From the IMG/VR virus record IMGVR_UViG_2547132281_000009, positions 1 to 28,155 of that record: a stretch of DNA of 28,155 nt. The stretch is one strand, 5' to 3'. The notes below the pieces were generated by a model that had not been told where the DNA came from, did no database searches, and saw only the letters and a list, made by a program, of their open reading frames with translations. Below, piece by piece: positions 18,381 to 27,222 of this stretch (the stretch's first letter is position 1; every line of letters starts with the position of its first letter). Origin of the DNA: a virus (lineage: Duplodnaviria; Heunggongvirae; Uroviricota; Caudoviricetes). The translations under genes were made by a program, and so were the position numbers.

Positions 18381-19090
18381 TTTATCTTCCTCAGAGTCCT
18401 AAGGATTGAATCAACATCGCGTTCCTCGGACCACTGATCTCCAGGAACTTGCTTGATAGCATTAATAGCATCCTTGAGTGATGATTTTTTGAGCAATACA
18501 AATGAAGTTATTTTTAGTTTCTTTAGCTCCCATTTGTTGTTCTTTTTTTCCCAGCACCCATCTCCTTTAACCCTAATATATTTGAATAGATGGGACCCAA
18601 GAGCTGCCGCCAAATCAGGGGTTGCCTCGCACTTGAATGTTTCACCGTTGGCTCCCTCAATACGCACAGGTATTGAGTTGTCTTTTCCGCCAACACTGTA
18701 TAGCCTTCCTTGAACTTCTGACGTTTTTGTTATGAGTAAAGGGATTGGCTCCTTTTTTACTCGCGGGAATGCGATAATGGTTGAGTGGTTTCGTCCGAGT
18801 AGTTTCGCTGAAAAACCATCATGCTCCAGTAAATTAACAATTTTTTGATACGCGGGTGATTTCTCTTTGGCTGAGAGAGAGGCCCTTGCTATGACAGCGT
18901 TATAACAAATATCATTATCGACCCATGCATTTAAGTCAGCCGATCCTTCACTTACACAGTCGAAGTGAACAGAATCTGCAGAACCGTATAGATCTACGAG
19001 AGCAGACATATACTTGACCAACTTAGCCATTGACAGCTGGCCAGGGGTGGTTCCGTCAAGTTTTAATGTGAGTCCATTGCTTTTTTTCAT
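18371..19090 (-). CDS. Unknown-family protein (239 aa), upstream partner of the PIN-domain gene
   Basis: ATG at 19090; stop overlaps the PIN start (operon); AT-rich; no recognisable motif, no P-loop, no transmembrane segment. Confidence 0.65.
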   Translation of the reverse strand: MKKSNGLTLKLDGTTPGQLSMAKLVKYMSALVDLYGSADSVHFDCVSEGSADLNAWVDNDICYNAVIARASLSAKEKSPAYQKIVNLLEHDGFSAKLLGRNHSTIIAFPRVKKEPIPLLITKTSEVQGRLYSVGGKDNSIPVRIEGANGETFKCEATPDLAAALGSHLFKYIRVKGDGCWEKKNNKWELKKLKITSFVLLKKSSLKDAINAIKQVPGDQWSEERDVDSILRTLRKINCE

Positions 19091-19139
19091 TTGTCATCAC
19101 GCGAGCCAATATCGATATGGTTAACTATACGTCATAAGC

Positions 19140-19394
19140 CTATAACTTACTTTTGCTATAAATATTTTTCAGCGTTTCAAAGACCATCTTCTTAACAACG
19201 TCAGATTGCTCATCCGCGACTCGCTCAGCTTCGTCTCGATAGCCTACAATTGATGATGGCTTTGAGAGAGCATCCTGAACGATTTGTAATAACTCAGAGT
19301 TCATTGACCTTCCGTTAGCCTCGGCTCTTAATTTCAATTTTTCTCTTACTTCCAAAGGCATACGGAAGTTAAAGTGCGGATCATCTCTAGCCAT
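19140..19394 (-). CDS. mnt: Mnt repressor (P22 Mnt-like, ribbon-helix-helix)
   Basis: MARDDPHFNFRMPLEVREKLKLRAEANGRSMNSELLQIVQDALSKPS... closely matches P22 Mnt as I recall it. Confidence 0.85.
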   Translation of the reverse strand: MARDDPHFNFRMPLEVREKLKLRAEANGRSMNSELLQIVQDALSKPSSIVGYRDEAERVADEQSDVVKKMVFETLKNIYSKSKL

Positions 19395-19417
19395 GCCATC
19401 ACTCCAAGTTAGTATCT

Positions 19418-19675
19418 CTAACTTTCGTCTTTATTGTTGCCATACATGCATTTCAACTTCTCAACATCATGTTCAAGATCTATCAATCGTGATGCTATAG
19501 TTGCAAGGTCTAGTGCTTGAATGTGTTTATTTTTTTCGGTCCATGCTTCAAGTGCAGCGACCATCTCAGCATTTAATGAACGAGAATTAGCCTCAGCCAG
19601 TTCAATAAGACGTTCCTTTATCTCTACAGGAAGCCTCAGATTCACTTGAGGGTTTTTGTACTTACGATCAGACAT
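19418..19675 (-). CDS. Second ribbon-helix-helix (Arc/Mnt-family) repressor-like protein (85 aa)
   Basis: NLRLPVEIKERLIELAEANSRSLNAEMVAAL is an RHH fold signature; probable ATG start at 19675 (the ORF-track GTG is at 19681). Confidence 0.6.
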   Translation of the reverse strand: MSDRKYKNPQVNLRLPVEIKERLIELAEANSRSLNAEMVAALEAWTEKNKHIQALDLATIASRLIDLEHDVEKLKCMYGNNKDES

Positions 19676-19721
19676 CGGCACACCCTGAATAATTTTTTAC
19701 CACAGGATATGTAGGTGTCTA

Positions 19722-19761
19722 TTGACTATCAATGCGTACCTAAATACTATGTATGCGTACC
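19722..19761 (+). promoter_or_regulatory. Pant-like promoter (TTGACT, 17 bp, TACTAT) with flanking direct repeats ATGCGTACC (19732-19740, 19753-19761), candidate Arc/Mnt operators
   Basis: Consensus-like -35/-10 with 17-bp spacing upstream of arc; a 9-bp direct repeat brackets the -10 at 21-bp periodicity. Confidence 0.5.
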
Positions 19762-19780
19762 ACATACAGCGGAGGATGCA

Positions 19781-19921
19781 ATGAAGGTAAAAACACTGCG
19801 TATGCCAGAGAAGTTAGAAAAAATCCTTGAAGAGAAAGCAAAGGAAGAGTGTCGATCGTTTAGCGCAGAAGTAATTAAACGGGTGCTGGACAGCTTGAAG
19901 AGAGAGGGGGTGATGGTATGA
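19781..19921 (+). CDS. arc: Arc-like ribbon-helix-helix repressor (46 aa)
   Basis: ATG at 19781 with GGAGGA Shine-Dalgarno; MKVKTLRMPEKLEKILEEKAKEECRSFSAEVIKRVLDSLKREG resembles P22 Arc; first gene of the arc-ant operon. Confidence 0.7.
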   Translation: MKVKTLRMPEKLEKILEEKAKEECRSFSAEVIKRVLDSLKREGVMV

Positions 19922-20121
19922 GTAAAGAATGTTGTTTCTGCGGCATTAGCGAATCAGACACTGATCAAACATACATTTACTCTAAAGAAACAGGTCGGAT
20001 GCTGTGTAGTGACTGCGTGTTGGACATCATAAGATACAAGCATCTTGGATGTTCTGCCAGCATTAGCAATATAGGTGAAGTATACGAAGGGAAAGATATA
20101 ACTGATAGAGCAGAAAGTTGA
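19918..20121 (+). CDS. Small Cys-rich (zinc-ribbon-like) protein, 67 aa, translationally coupled to arc
   Basis: ATG overlaps the arc TGA (ATGA); two CxxC pairs (CCFCG ... CSDC). Confidence 0.45.
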   Translation: MSKECCFCGISESDTDQTYIYSKETGRMLCSDCVLDIIRYKHLGCSASISNIGEVYEGKDITDRAES

Positions 20122-20184
20122 AGCCCCAACTGCTGGAACAGTCAGGGCTTCGGTATCGTAAAACCACGCATAGGAATTAACGAC

Positions 20185-20485
20185 ATGACGAGTGTAGCAA
20201 TTGCAGAACATACAATCAACGTTCCATTCCACGGAACAAATCTCTTTTTGGTCAGCATTAACAATGAACCTTACGTTCCTATGAAACCCGTTGTAGAAGG
20301 CATGGGTATGGTTTGGGCTGCTCAATTTGTTAAATTAAAACAGAGATTTGTCAAAGGTATTTCGGAAATCGAAATACCTTCTGCTGGCGGTAAACAGTTA
20401 ATGATATGCCTTGCCTTTCGTAAGTTTGCGGCTTGGCTTTCAAGCATTCAGCCAAACAAAGTCCGTCCTGAAATCCGCGACAAGG
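20185..20485 (+). pseudogene. ant: Antirepressor Ant, N-terminal part (AntA-type domain), interrupted by IS insertion
   Basis: AntA-like N-terminal domain (VPFHGTNLFLV...EPYVPMKPVVEGMGM); reading frame runs into the IS at 20486 and resumes in frame at 22928. Confidence 0.75.
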
Positions 20486-20556
20486 GTAAGCGTACAGCCT
20501 GAACCGTCTGGTCAGAATCTGACAAATTAGACAAAGTGGTGTCCACCAAATAAGTA

Positions 20557-20958
20557 GTGGGAACCAAAGTGTCAGATATGCAGAAAAATGTGACTCCCGG
20601 CAGGCGAAAAGGCTGCCCTAATTATCCTCCCGAATTTAAACAGCAGCTCGTTGCTGCCTCCTGTGAACCCGGGATATCCATCTCAAAACTTGCTCTTGAA
20701 AATGGCATTAACGCCAATCTGTTGTTCAAATGGCGACAACAATGGCGCGAGGGAAAGCTGCTATTACCTTCTTCAGAGAGCCCCCAGCTACTTCCTGTGA
20801 CTCTCGATGCAGCTGCCGAACAGCCAGAATCGCTCGCAGAGGACCCGGAAACCCTCAGTATCAGCTGTGAGGTAACGTTCCGGCACGGGACGCTCCGCTT
20901 CAATGGCAATGTCAGCGAAAAGCTCCTGACTCTGCTGATACAGGAACTGAAGCGATGA
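20557..20958 (+). CDS. IS66-family accessory protein TnpA (orf1)
   Basis: First ORF of the IS; typical IS66 orfA sequence. Confidence 0.8.
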   Translation: MGTKVSDMQKNVTPGRRKGCPNYPPEFKQQLVAASCEPGISISKLALENGINANLLFKWRQQWREGKLLLPSSESPQLLPVTLDAAAEQPESLAEDPETLSISCEVTFRHGTLRFNGNVSEKLLTLLIQELKR

Positions 20959-21302
20959 TCCCGTTACCTTCCGGGACCAAAATTTGGCTGGTTGCCGGTA
21001 TCACCGATATGAGAAATGGCTTCAACGGCCTGGCTGCGAAAGTACAAACGGCGCTGAAAGACGATCCCATGTCCGGCCATGTTTTCATTTTCCGGGGCCG
21101 CAGCGGCAGTCAGGTTAAACTGCTGTGGTCCACCGGTGACGGACTGTGCCTCCTGACCAAACGGCTGGAGCGTGGGCGCTTCGCCTGGCCGTCAGCCCGT
21201 GATGGCAAAGTGTTCCTTACGCAGGCGCAGCTGGCGATGCTGCTGGAAGGTATCGACTGGCGACAGCCCAAGCGGTTGCTGACCTCCCTGACCATGCTGT
21301 AA
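20955..21302 (+). CDS. IS66-family accessory protein TnpB (orf2)
   Basis: Overlaps the orf1 stop (ATGA); [31 protein letters not shown] is the conserved IS66 orf2 N-terminus. Confidence 0.85.
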   Translation: MIPLPSGTKIWLVAGITDMRNGFNGLAAKVQTALKDDPMSGHVFIFRGRSGSQVKLLWSTGDGLCLLTKRLERGRFAWPSARDGKVFLTQAQLAMLLEGIDWRQPKRLLTSLTML

Positions 21303-21351
21303 ATCTCTTTATCCTGGTTGTCACAGAATAAGCCCGGTAAAATACGGGCTT

Positions 21352-22890
21352 ATGAACGACATCTCTTCTGACGACATCTTCCTGCTGAAACAGCGCCTGG
21401 CCGAACAGGAAGCGCTGATCCACGCCCTGCAGGAAAAGCTGAGCAACCGGGAGCGCGAAATAGACCATCTGCAGGCGCAGCTGGATAAACTCCGCCGGAT
21501 GAACTTCGGCAGTCGTTCCGAAAAAGTCTCCCGCCGTATCGCACAAATGGAAGCCGATCTGAACCGGCTTCAGAAAGAGAGCGATACGCTGACTGGTAGG
21601 GTGTATGACCCGGCTGTACAGCGTCCGTTGCGTCAGACCCGCACCCGTAAGCCGTTCCCTGAATCACTACCCCGTGACGAAAAGCGACTGTTGCCTGCGG
21701 CGCCGTGCTGCCCGAACTGCGGCGGTTCACTGAGCTATCTGGGCGAGGATACCGCCGAACAGCTGGAGTTGATGCGTAGTGCCTTCCGGGTTATCCGGAC
21801 GGTACGGGAAAAACATGCCTGTACTCAGTGCGATGCCATCGTGCAGGCACCTGCACCTTCGCGGCCCATCGAGCGGGGTATCGCCGGACCGGGGCTGCTG
21901 GCCCGCGTGCTGACCTCGAAGTATGCAGAGCACACCCCGCTGTATCGCCAGTCAGAAATATACGGCCGGCAAGGTGTGGAGCTGAGCCGTTCACTGCTGT
22001 CGGGCTGGGTGGATGCATGCTGCCGGCTGCTGTCTCCGCTGGAAGAGGCGCTTCATGGCTATGTCATGACTGACGGCAAACTCCATGCCGATGATACCCC
22101 GGTCCAGGTACTGCTGCCGGGTAATAAGAAGACGAAGACCGGGCGGTTGTGGGCGTATGTTCGTGATGACCGCAATGCCGGGTCAGCGTTGGCACCTGCA
22201 GTGTGGTTCGCTTACAGCCCGGACAGAAAAGGCATCCATCCGCAGACTCATCTTGCCTGCTTCAGCGGTGTGCTGCAAGCGGATGCGTACGCCGGGTTCA
22301 ACGAGCTGTATCGCAATGGTGGGATAACGGAAGCTGCCTGCTGGGCTCATGCCCGCCGAAAGATCCACGATGTGCACGTCCGCATCCCGTCAGCACTGAC
22401 GGAAGAAGCCCTGGAGCAGATCGGTCAGTTGTACGCCATAGAGGCGGATATAAGGGGAATGCCGGCAGAGCAGCGGCTTGCTGAACGTCAGCGAAAAACG
22501 AAACCGCTGTTGAAATCCCTGGAAAGCTGGTTGCGTGAAAAGATGAAAACCCTGTCGCGACACTCAGAACTGGCGAAAGCGTTCGCATACGCCCTGAACC
22601 AGTGGCCGGCGCTGACGTACTATGCAGATGATGGCTGGGCTGAGGCGGACAATAACATCGCTGAAAATGCGTTGCGGATGGTCAGTCTGGGCCGCAAAAA
22701 CTACCTGTTCTTCGGTTCGGATCATGGAGGAGAGCGGGGAGCGCTGCTGTACAGCCTGATCGGGACGTGCAAACTGAACGGAGTGGAGCCAGAAAGCTAC
22801 CTCCGCTATGTCCTTGACGTCATAGCCGACTGGCCGATAAACCGGGTCGGCGAACTGCTCCCCTGGCGCGTAGCACTGCCGACTGAATAA
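21352..22890 (+). CDS. IS66-family transposase TnpC (orf3), 512 aa
   Basis: N-terminal leucine-zipper region, CxxC...CxxC zinc motif and C-terminal DDE-type core characteristic of IS66 transposases. Confidence 0.9.
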   Translation: MNDISSDDIFLLKQRLAEQEALIHALQEKLSNREREIDHLQAQLDKLRRMNFGSRSEKVSRRIAQMEADLNRLQKESDTLTGRVYDPAVQRPLRQTRTRKPFPESLPRDEKRLLPAAPCCPNCGGSLSYLGEDTAEQLELMRSAFRVIRTVREKHACTQCDAIVQAPAPSRPIERGIAGPGLLARVLTSKYAEHTPLYRQSEIYGRQGVELSRSLLSGWVDACCRLLSPLEEALHGYVMTDGKLHADDTPVQVLLPGNKKTKTGRLWAYVRDDRNAGSALAPAVWFAYSPDRKGIHPQTHLACFSGVLQADAYAGFNELYRNGGITEAACWAHARRKIHDVHVRIPSALTEEALEQIGQLYAIEADIRGMPAEQRLAERQRKTKPLLKSLESWLREKMKTLSRHSELAKAFAYALNQWPALTYYADDGWAEADNNIAENALRMVSLGRKNYLFFGSDHGGERGALLYSLIGTCKLNGVEPESYLRYVLDVIADWPINRVGELLPWRVALPTE

Positions 22891-22927
22891 CACATCCCCG
22901 TCAATACGGTTCTTGCTGCACGCTTAC

Positions 22928-23558
22928 CGACAAGGTAATCCAGTATCAGGAAGAGTGTGACGATGTGCTCTACGAGTACTGGACTAAAGGTCATGTAGTT
23001 AACCCACGCAAAGCTAAAAAAGCGTTGCCGGGTAAAATCACCACTGAACAGCAGGAAGCCATTAAACAACTCGTCATGAGTCGCGGTCAGTCTCTACCAA
23101 AAGAAAAACAGGCTAAGGCGATGATCACCATGTGGTCGTCACTGAAATCTCATTTTGGGTGTTCATACAAAGAAATCAGTGAGGAGCAGTTTACCGAAGC
23201 ACTGTCACTTGCTGCTCGCGTTCCGCTCGAAGGTGAGTTCATCGGCAAACAAGAGAAGAAAACCAACGAGCTTTCTGCAAAAGAAGCAAACAGCCTTGTA
23301 TGGTTATGGGATTATGCCAACCGCTCACAGGCATTATTCCGCGAACTGTATCCGGCGCTAAAACAAATTCAATCGAACTATTCCGGCAGATGTCATGACT
23401 GCGGTTATGAGTTCTCCCGTATTATCGATATGGCGAGAGATGTTTTAATCAACCACACACGAGATGTTGATATCAATGAGCCAGACGGACCAACGAATCT
23501 TTCCGCATGGATGAGACTTAAGAATAAAGAATTACCTCCTTCAGTACATAACTACTGA
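22928..23558 (+). pseudogene. ant: Antirepressor Ant, C-terminal part, downstream of the IS insertion
   Basis: In frame with the N-terminal part once the IS and one target-duplication copy are removed (2450 bp); combined length ~308 aa, similar to P22 Ant. Confidence 0.7.
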
Positions 23559-23577
23559 CAGATAACCAACGCAACGA

Positions 23578-23600
23578 CCCAGCTTCGGCTGGGTTTTTTT
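23578..23600 (+). terminator. Rho-independent terminator after ant
   Basis: Stem cccagc/gctggg with ttcg loop followed by TTTTTTT. Confidence 0.8.
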
Positions 23601-23658
23601 ATGCCCAAAATTCATCGTAGCCATGCTTCGGTGATTCCTTGTATCTGGAGCAAATTAA

Positions 23659-25662
23659 ATGACAGACATTACAGCCAATGTTGTAGTGAGCATGCCTTCG
23701 CAACTCTTTACTATGGCTCGTTCTTTTAAAGCCGTAGCTAATGGCAAAATTTATATCGGAAAAATTGACACTGATCCGGTAAATCCTGAAAACCAGATCC
23801 AGGTTTATGTAGAGAATGAAGACGGTTCTCACGTTCCTGTTTCGCAACCAATCATCATTAACGCTGCTGGTTACCCGGTATATAACGGGCAGATTGCCAA
23901 GTTCGTAACTGTGCAAGGTCATTCGATGGCTGTTTATGATGCATATGGTGCACAGCAGTTTTATTTTCCTAATGTGCTGAAGTATGATCCTGATCAGTTA
24001 TCTATAAAACTATCAAGTAATATTGGATACAAATACATTGGAATGGTAGAGAGCGCTAACTCCCTTAAAGATATACAAGGAATGTCGATATCTGATAAAT
24101 TATATTTAAAATCATACGTATCCGGACTCGAACTTGGTGGTGGGTTTGTTGTAGCTGTAGACAAGTCAATTGCAGTTGATAACGTAATGGTTTTAGAAGG
24201 TAACGGTGTAAATTGGAAGAGAATAAACCCAAGCCTTGAGTTTTCTGTATATGACGCTGGTTACAGCGGCGCTGGGGATATTGCATTATTTATTAATAAA
24301 ATAAACTCTCTAGGTTATGATTGCGTTGTCCCATGTAGTGGAGAATTCTCGTCTTTAATTGATATTGATTTCGCGAAGGGTGGGTTAAGAGGAACGAATA
24401 AATGCGTTTTAACTGAGATTAATGGGATATCAGGTGATTATGCAATTAGGTTAAGTAACTCTAATATTTCTTATGATAATAGGGATGAAATAAATGCAAC
24501 ATCAATTTTAGATGGCATATCTTTTAAGATGCTAGGATCTAAAAAGATTTTACTTGGAGGTATTGGCGCTGGTGAATTATCAGAGTTAAGAATAAGTAAT
24601 TCTTCATTCATATCATCTGCTGGAATTGAGTTTCTTGATAATTCATATAGAATTTTATTTGACAAAGTAACAATATCAAGATGTCTAAACAACACAATTA
24701 TATTTAATTCTCCATCAAACTCAGGCGAGGTAATGACATTTAATAATTGTTGGGTTGTTGATAATGGAGGTCCATTGACAATTAGAAATGGTCAATTTAT
24801 TTTTAACTGTTGCTCTATGCCAGCAGGTAAGAAAGAAGGTTATTTTGATTCTACTGTTTTTATTGAAGATAACGCAACCGTTGTTTACTCAAGTGGAAAT
24901 ATTGAGTTTCAGCCAGGTCAAAGCTTTGTGGCGTTCTCTGCATCTGGAAGCACAAGAATAAGCATTAAAGATACAACGCTACTTACTCCCTCTGGATATA
25001 GTTCAGTTCCGTTTGTTGTAAATGATGATTCAGTACTTTCATTAACAAATTGCTCATTGCCTTTATTTGACCAAATGGATTTGGCGACAGGATCAGCAAC
25101 TAGACAGGTAGTTGGAGGTAATAGTAAAAAAATAATGTCATATGGATGCTATCCACGATCTGGATTTATAACAACTCAGTGGGATAAAGGGAACATAGTT
25201 AGTCCATACATAAATTCGCTATCAAATGGAAGTGGACAGTTTTTAAACTACTCTAACTGGAGCCTTCAACAAACTGGTTCAGGTGTTGTTACAGCAGGAA
25301 CGGATTCTGATGTTCCAAATGATATTATGTTTTCCAGGTCTTTGTATGTAGCAATACCATCTATAGGAGCATCTGCAAAATTTTATCAGGAGTGCTCAGA
25401 CTGCTCACCAGGACGATATTTCCAGTTAGGTTTTTGGGCTAAGAATCAAGTGACAACAATCTCTGGTATTGAGTTTTTTGATAAAGAAGGGAACTCTGTT
25501 CAGGGAAAAGCAACATTTACAATTCCACTAGGATCCACATGGAATTTCTACGCATTAATAGATATTGTTCCTCCTGGAGCAAGCAAGGTTAGGATTGATT
25601 TTGATGTTTCCGGTGAAGCAGGCTCTCTTCATTTGCATAATGTTATTTATGGGCTGATTTGA
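23659..25662 (+). CDS. Tailspike protein: P22 gp9-like N-terminal head-binding domain fused to a divergent beta-helix receptor-binding domain (667 aa)
   Basis: N-terminus [59 protein letters not shown]...[13 protein letters not shown]...LKYDPDQ matches the P22 tailspike head-binding domain; the remainder is AT-rich and not P22-like. Confidence 0.9.
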   Translation: MTDITANVVVSMPSQLFTMARSFKAVANGKIYIGKIDTDPVNPENQIQVYVENEDGSHVPVSQPIIINAAGYPVYNGQIAKFVTVQGHSMAVYDAYGAQQFYFPNVLKYDPDQLSIKLSSNIGYKYIGMVESANSLKDIQGMSISDKLYLKSYVSGLELGGGFVVAVDKSIAVDNVMVLEGNGVNWKRINPSLEFSVYDAGYSGAGDIALFINKINSLGYDCVVPCSGEFSSLIDIDFAKGGLRGTNKCVLTEINGISGDYAIRLSNSNISYDNRDEINATSILDGISFKMLGSKKILLGGIGAGELSELRISNSSFISSAGIEFLDNSYRILFDKVTISRCLNNTIIFNSPSNSGEVMTFNNCWVVDNGGPLTIRNGQFIFNCCSMPAGKKEGYFDSTVFIEDNATVVYSSGNIEFQPGQSFVAFSASGSTRISIKDTTLLTPSGYSSVPFVVNDDSVLSLTNCSLPLFDQMDLATGSATRQVVGGNSKKIMSYGCYPRSGFITTQWDKGNIVSPYINSLSNGSGQFLNYSNWSLQQTGSGVVTAGTDSDVPNDIMFSRSLYVAIPSIGASAKFYQECSDCSPGRYFQLGFWAKNQVTTISGIEFFDKEGNSVQGKATFTIPLGSTWNFYALIDIVPPGASKVRIDFDVSGEAGSLHLHNVIYGLI

Positions 25663-25753
25663 AGATTTCACATCTAATGTGACCAAACTTAGACAAAACA
25701 AAGCCTTGTCTGGATTGCAAAGCTTTGTGCTCTTCGATAATGGTAAAGGTGGG

Positions 25754-26911
25754 TCACTCCACCTTTTCATCAAGCCAGTCCGCCCACCACTGCATCATTT
25801 CTCTGCGCTTATCGAGATACTGAGCATGGTTGTAAATACCGCGCACAGATCCGCCGTTGGCATGTGCCAGCTGCACTTCAATAGCGTCAGCAGGCCATTC
25901 GTGCTCGTTCATAATCGTGCTGAATTCATGCCTGAATCCGTGACCGCTTTCCAGACCTTCATAGCCGATTTGTTTGATCACAAGCAATACCGCGTTCTCG
26001 CAGATTGGCTTCTTCTTATCGTTGCGCCCGGCAAAAACAAACTCTGATACTGGTTTGGTGATTGAGCTTAGCGTAGTGAGAAGTTCAACCACCTGGTCTG
26101 ACATAGGAACAACATGAATCTTGCGGCCCTTCATCACACTGGCGTCGATGGTGATAATCCTGTTTTCAAAATCGACGTTCTTCCATTGCATGGAACGAAG
26201 CTCTTTCGTTCTTAGGGCTGTGTAGCGTAAAACTTTGGTCGCAATGAGCGATACGATGCTTCCTGAAAATGTTGCCAGTGCTTTGTTGAATGCAGGGATC
26301 TGGTCTGCTGGAAGAAACGGGAAGTTCTTCTTGCGGTATCCTTTCATGGCGTCTGCAAGGTCAGGTGCCGGGTTATATTTAGCCCTTCCGGTGACAATAG
26401 CGTAACGGAAAACCTCGCCGCATCTTCTGCGGGCTTTGTTGGCTCGCTCCATTGCACCGCGATCTTCAAATCTGCGGATTACTTCCAACAGTTGCATCGG
26501 CTCAATATCCTGAATTTCAAGGCTGCCGATGATGGGTAAAATGTCGTCATCAAACATTTTGGCAAGTTCAGTTGCATAGCCTACTGACCAGACTTGCTTC
26601 TTGTGCTCGTACCATTCCTTGTAAATCGCACTAAATGAATTGTTGTTAGACGAAGCCTTTTTCGCTTTTACCGGATCGATGCCAACCGAGATGTCTTTCC
26701 TCGCGGTCCATGCTTTATCTCTTGCCTCCTGCAAAGTCATAAGCGGATATTTTCCTACGGTCAGGATTTTCTCCTTACCGTCAATCTTGTAGCGAAGCTG
26801 CCATACCTTTTTCCCGGATACAGGGACATAAAGGTACAGGCCATTACCATCGAGAAGGCGGTATGGTTTTTCTTTCGGCTTTGCTGCTTCAATCTGCTTA
26901 ACGGTGAGCAT
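25754..26911 (-). CDS. Tyrosine integrase, P4 family (IntS-like)
   Basis: N-terminus MLTVKQIEAAKPKEKPYRLLDGNGLYLYV and C-terminal catalytic region (HGFRHEF...LAHANGGSVRGIYNHAQY) match CPS-53 IntS-type integrases; an upstream in-frame ATG at 26947 is an alternative start. Confidence 0.95.
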   Translation of the reverse strand: MLTVKQIEAAKPKEKPYRLLDGNGLYLYVPVSGKKVWQLRYKIDGKEKILTVGKYPLMTLQEARDKAWTARKDISVGIDPVKAKKASSNNNSFSAIYKEWYEHKKQVWSVGYATELAKMFDDDILPIIGSLEIQDIEPMQLLEVIRRFEDRGAMERANKARRRCGEVFRYAIVTGRAKYNPAPDLADAMKGYRKKNFPFLPADQIPAFNKALATFSGSIVSLIATKVLRYTALRTKELRSMQWKNVDFENRIITIDASVMKGRKIHVVPMSDQVVELLTTLSSITKPVSEFVFAGRNDKKKPICENAVLLVIKQIGYEGLESGHGFRHEFSTIMNEHEWPADAIEVQLAHANGGSVRGIYNHAQYLDKRREMMQWWADWLDEKVE

Positions 26912-27070
26912 GGGTAAAAATCCGGTGGGTAAAATTATTTTATCCACTTTTTACCCGTCATGGAGTGCGGCTGTCAACGATCTGACGCGAACCATGACGA
27001 ACCGTGAATATACGGAAGGATTGATATTCAGGGGATTTTGCGGACTGGTACGGATGGGAGCGAACTGATA

Positions 27071-27147
27071 AATGGTGTCCCCTGCAGGAATCGAACCTGC
27101 AATTAGCCCTTAGGAGGGGCTCGTTATATCCATTTAACTAAGAGGAC
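27071..27147 (-). tRNA. argW: tRNA-Arg (anticodon CCT), argW; its 3' end forms the attR core
   Basis: Minus-strand sequence GTCCTCT...CTCCTAA...GGTTCGATTCCTGCAGGGGACACCA with acceptor-stem pairing, CCT anticodon and encoded CCA; ends may be off by 1-2 nt. Confidence 0.9.
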
Positions 27148-27222
27148 AATGCGGCATGAGTATACCCGCTAATGGAGTGCGGGGTAAGTACGCTGCCGCT
27201 CGATTGCTTAAACCCTCGCCAT

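Larger units (their letters stand above)
20486..22927 (+). mobile_element. IS66-family insertion sequence (ISEc8-like), 2442 bp, with 8-bp target-site duplication CGACAAGG
   Basis: Imperfect terminal inverted repeats GTAAGCGTACAGCCTGAACCGT / ACGGTTCTTGCTGCACGCTTAC; identical 8-bp direct repeats at 20478-20485 and 22928-22935; three ORFs typical of IS66. Confidence 0.9.

Noticed and set aside
21217-22893. Several antisense or out-of-frame ORFs inside the IS66 transposase genes (e.g. 21350-21730, 22298-22588, 22564-22893)
   Set aside because: They overlap the well-supported tnpB and tnpC reading frames in GC-rich DNA where long spurious ORFs are common
25679-26047. Plus-strand 122-aa ORF overlapping the 3' end of the integrase gene
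   Set aside because: Antisense to the strongly supported integrase ORF
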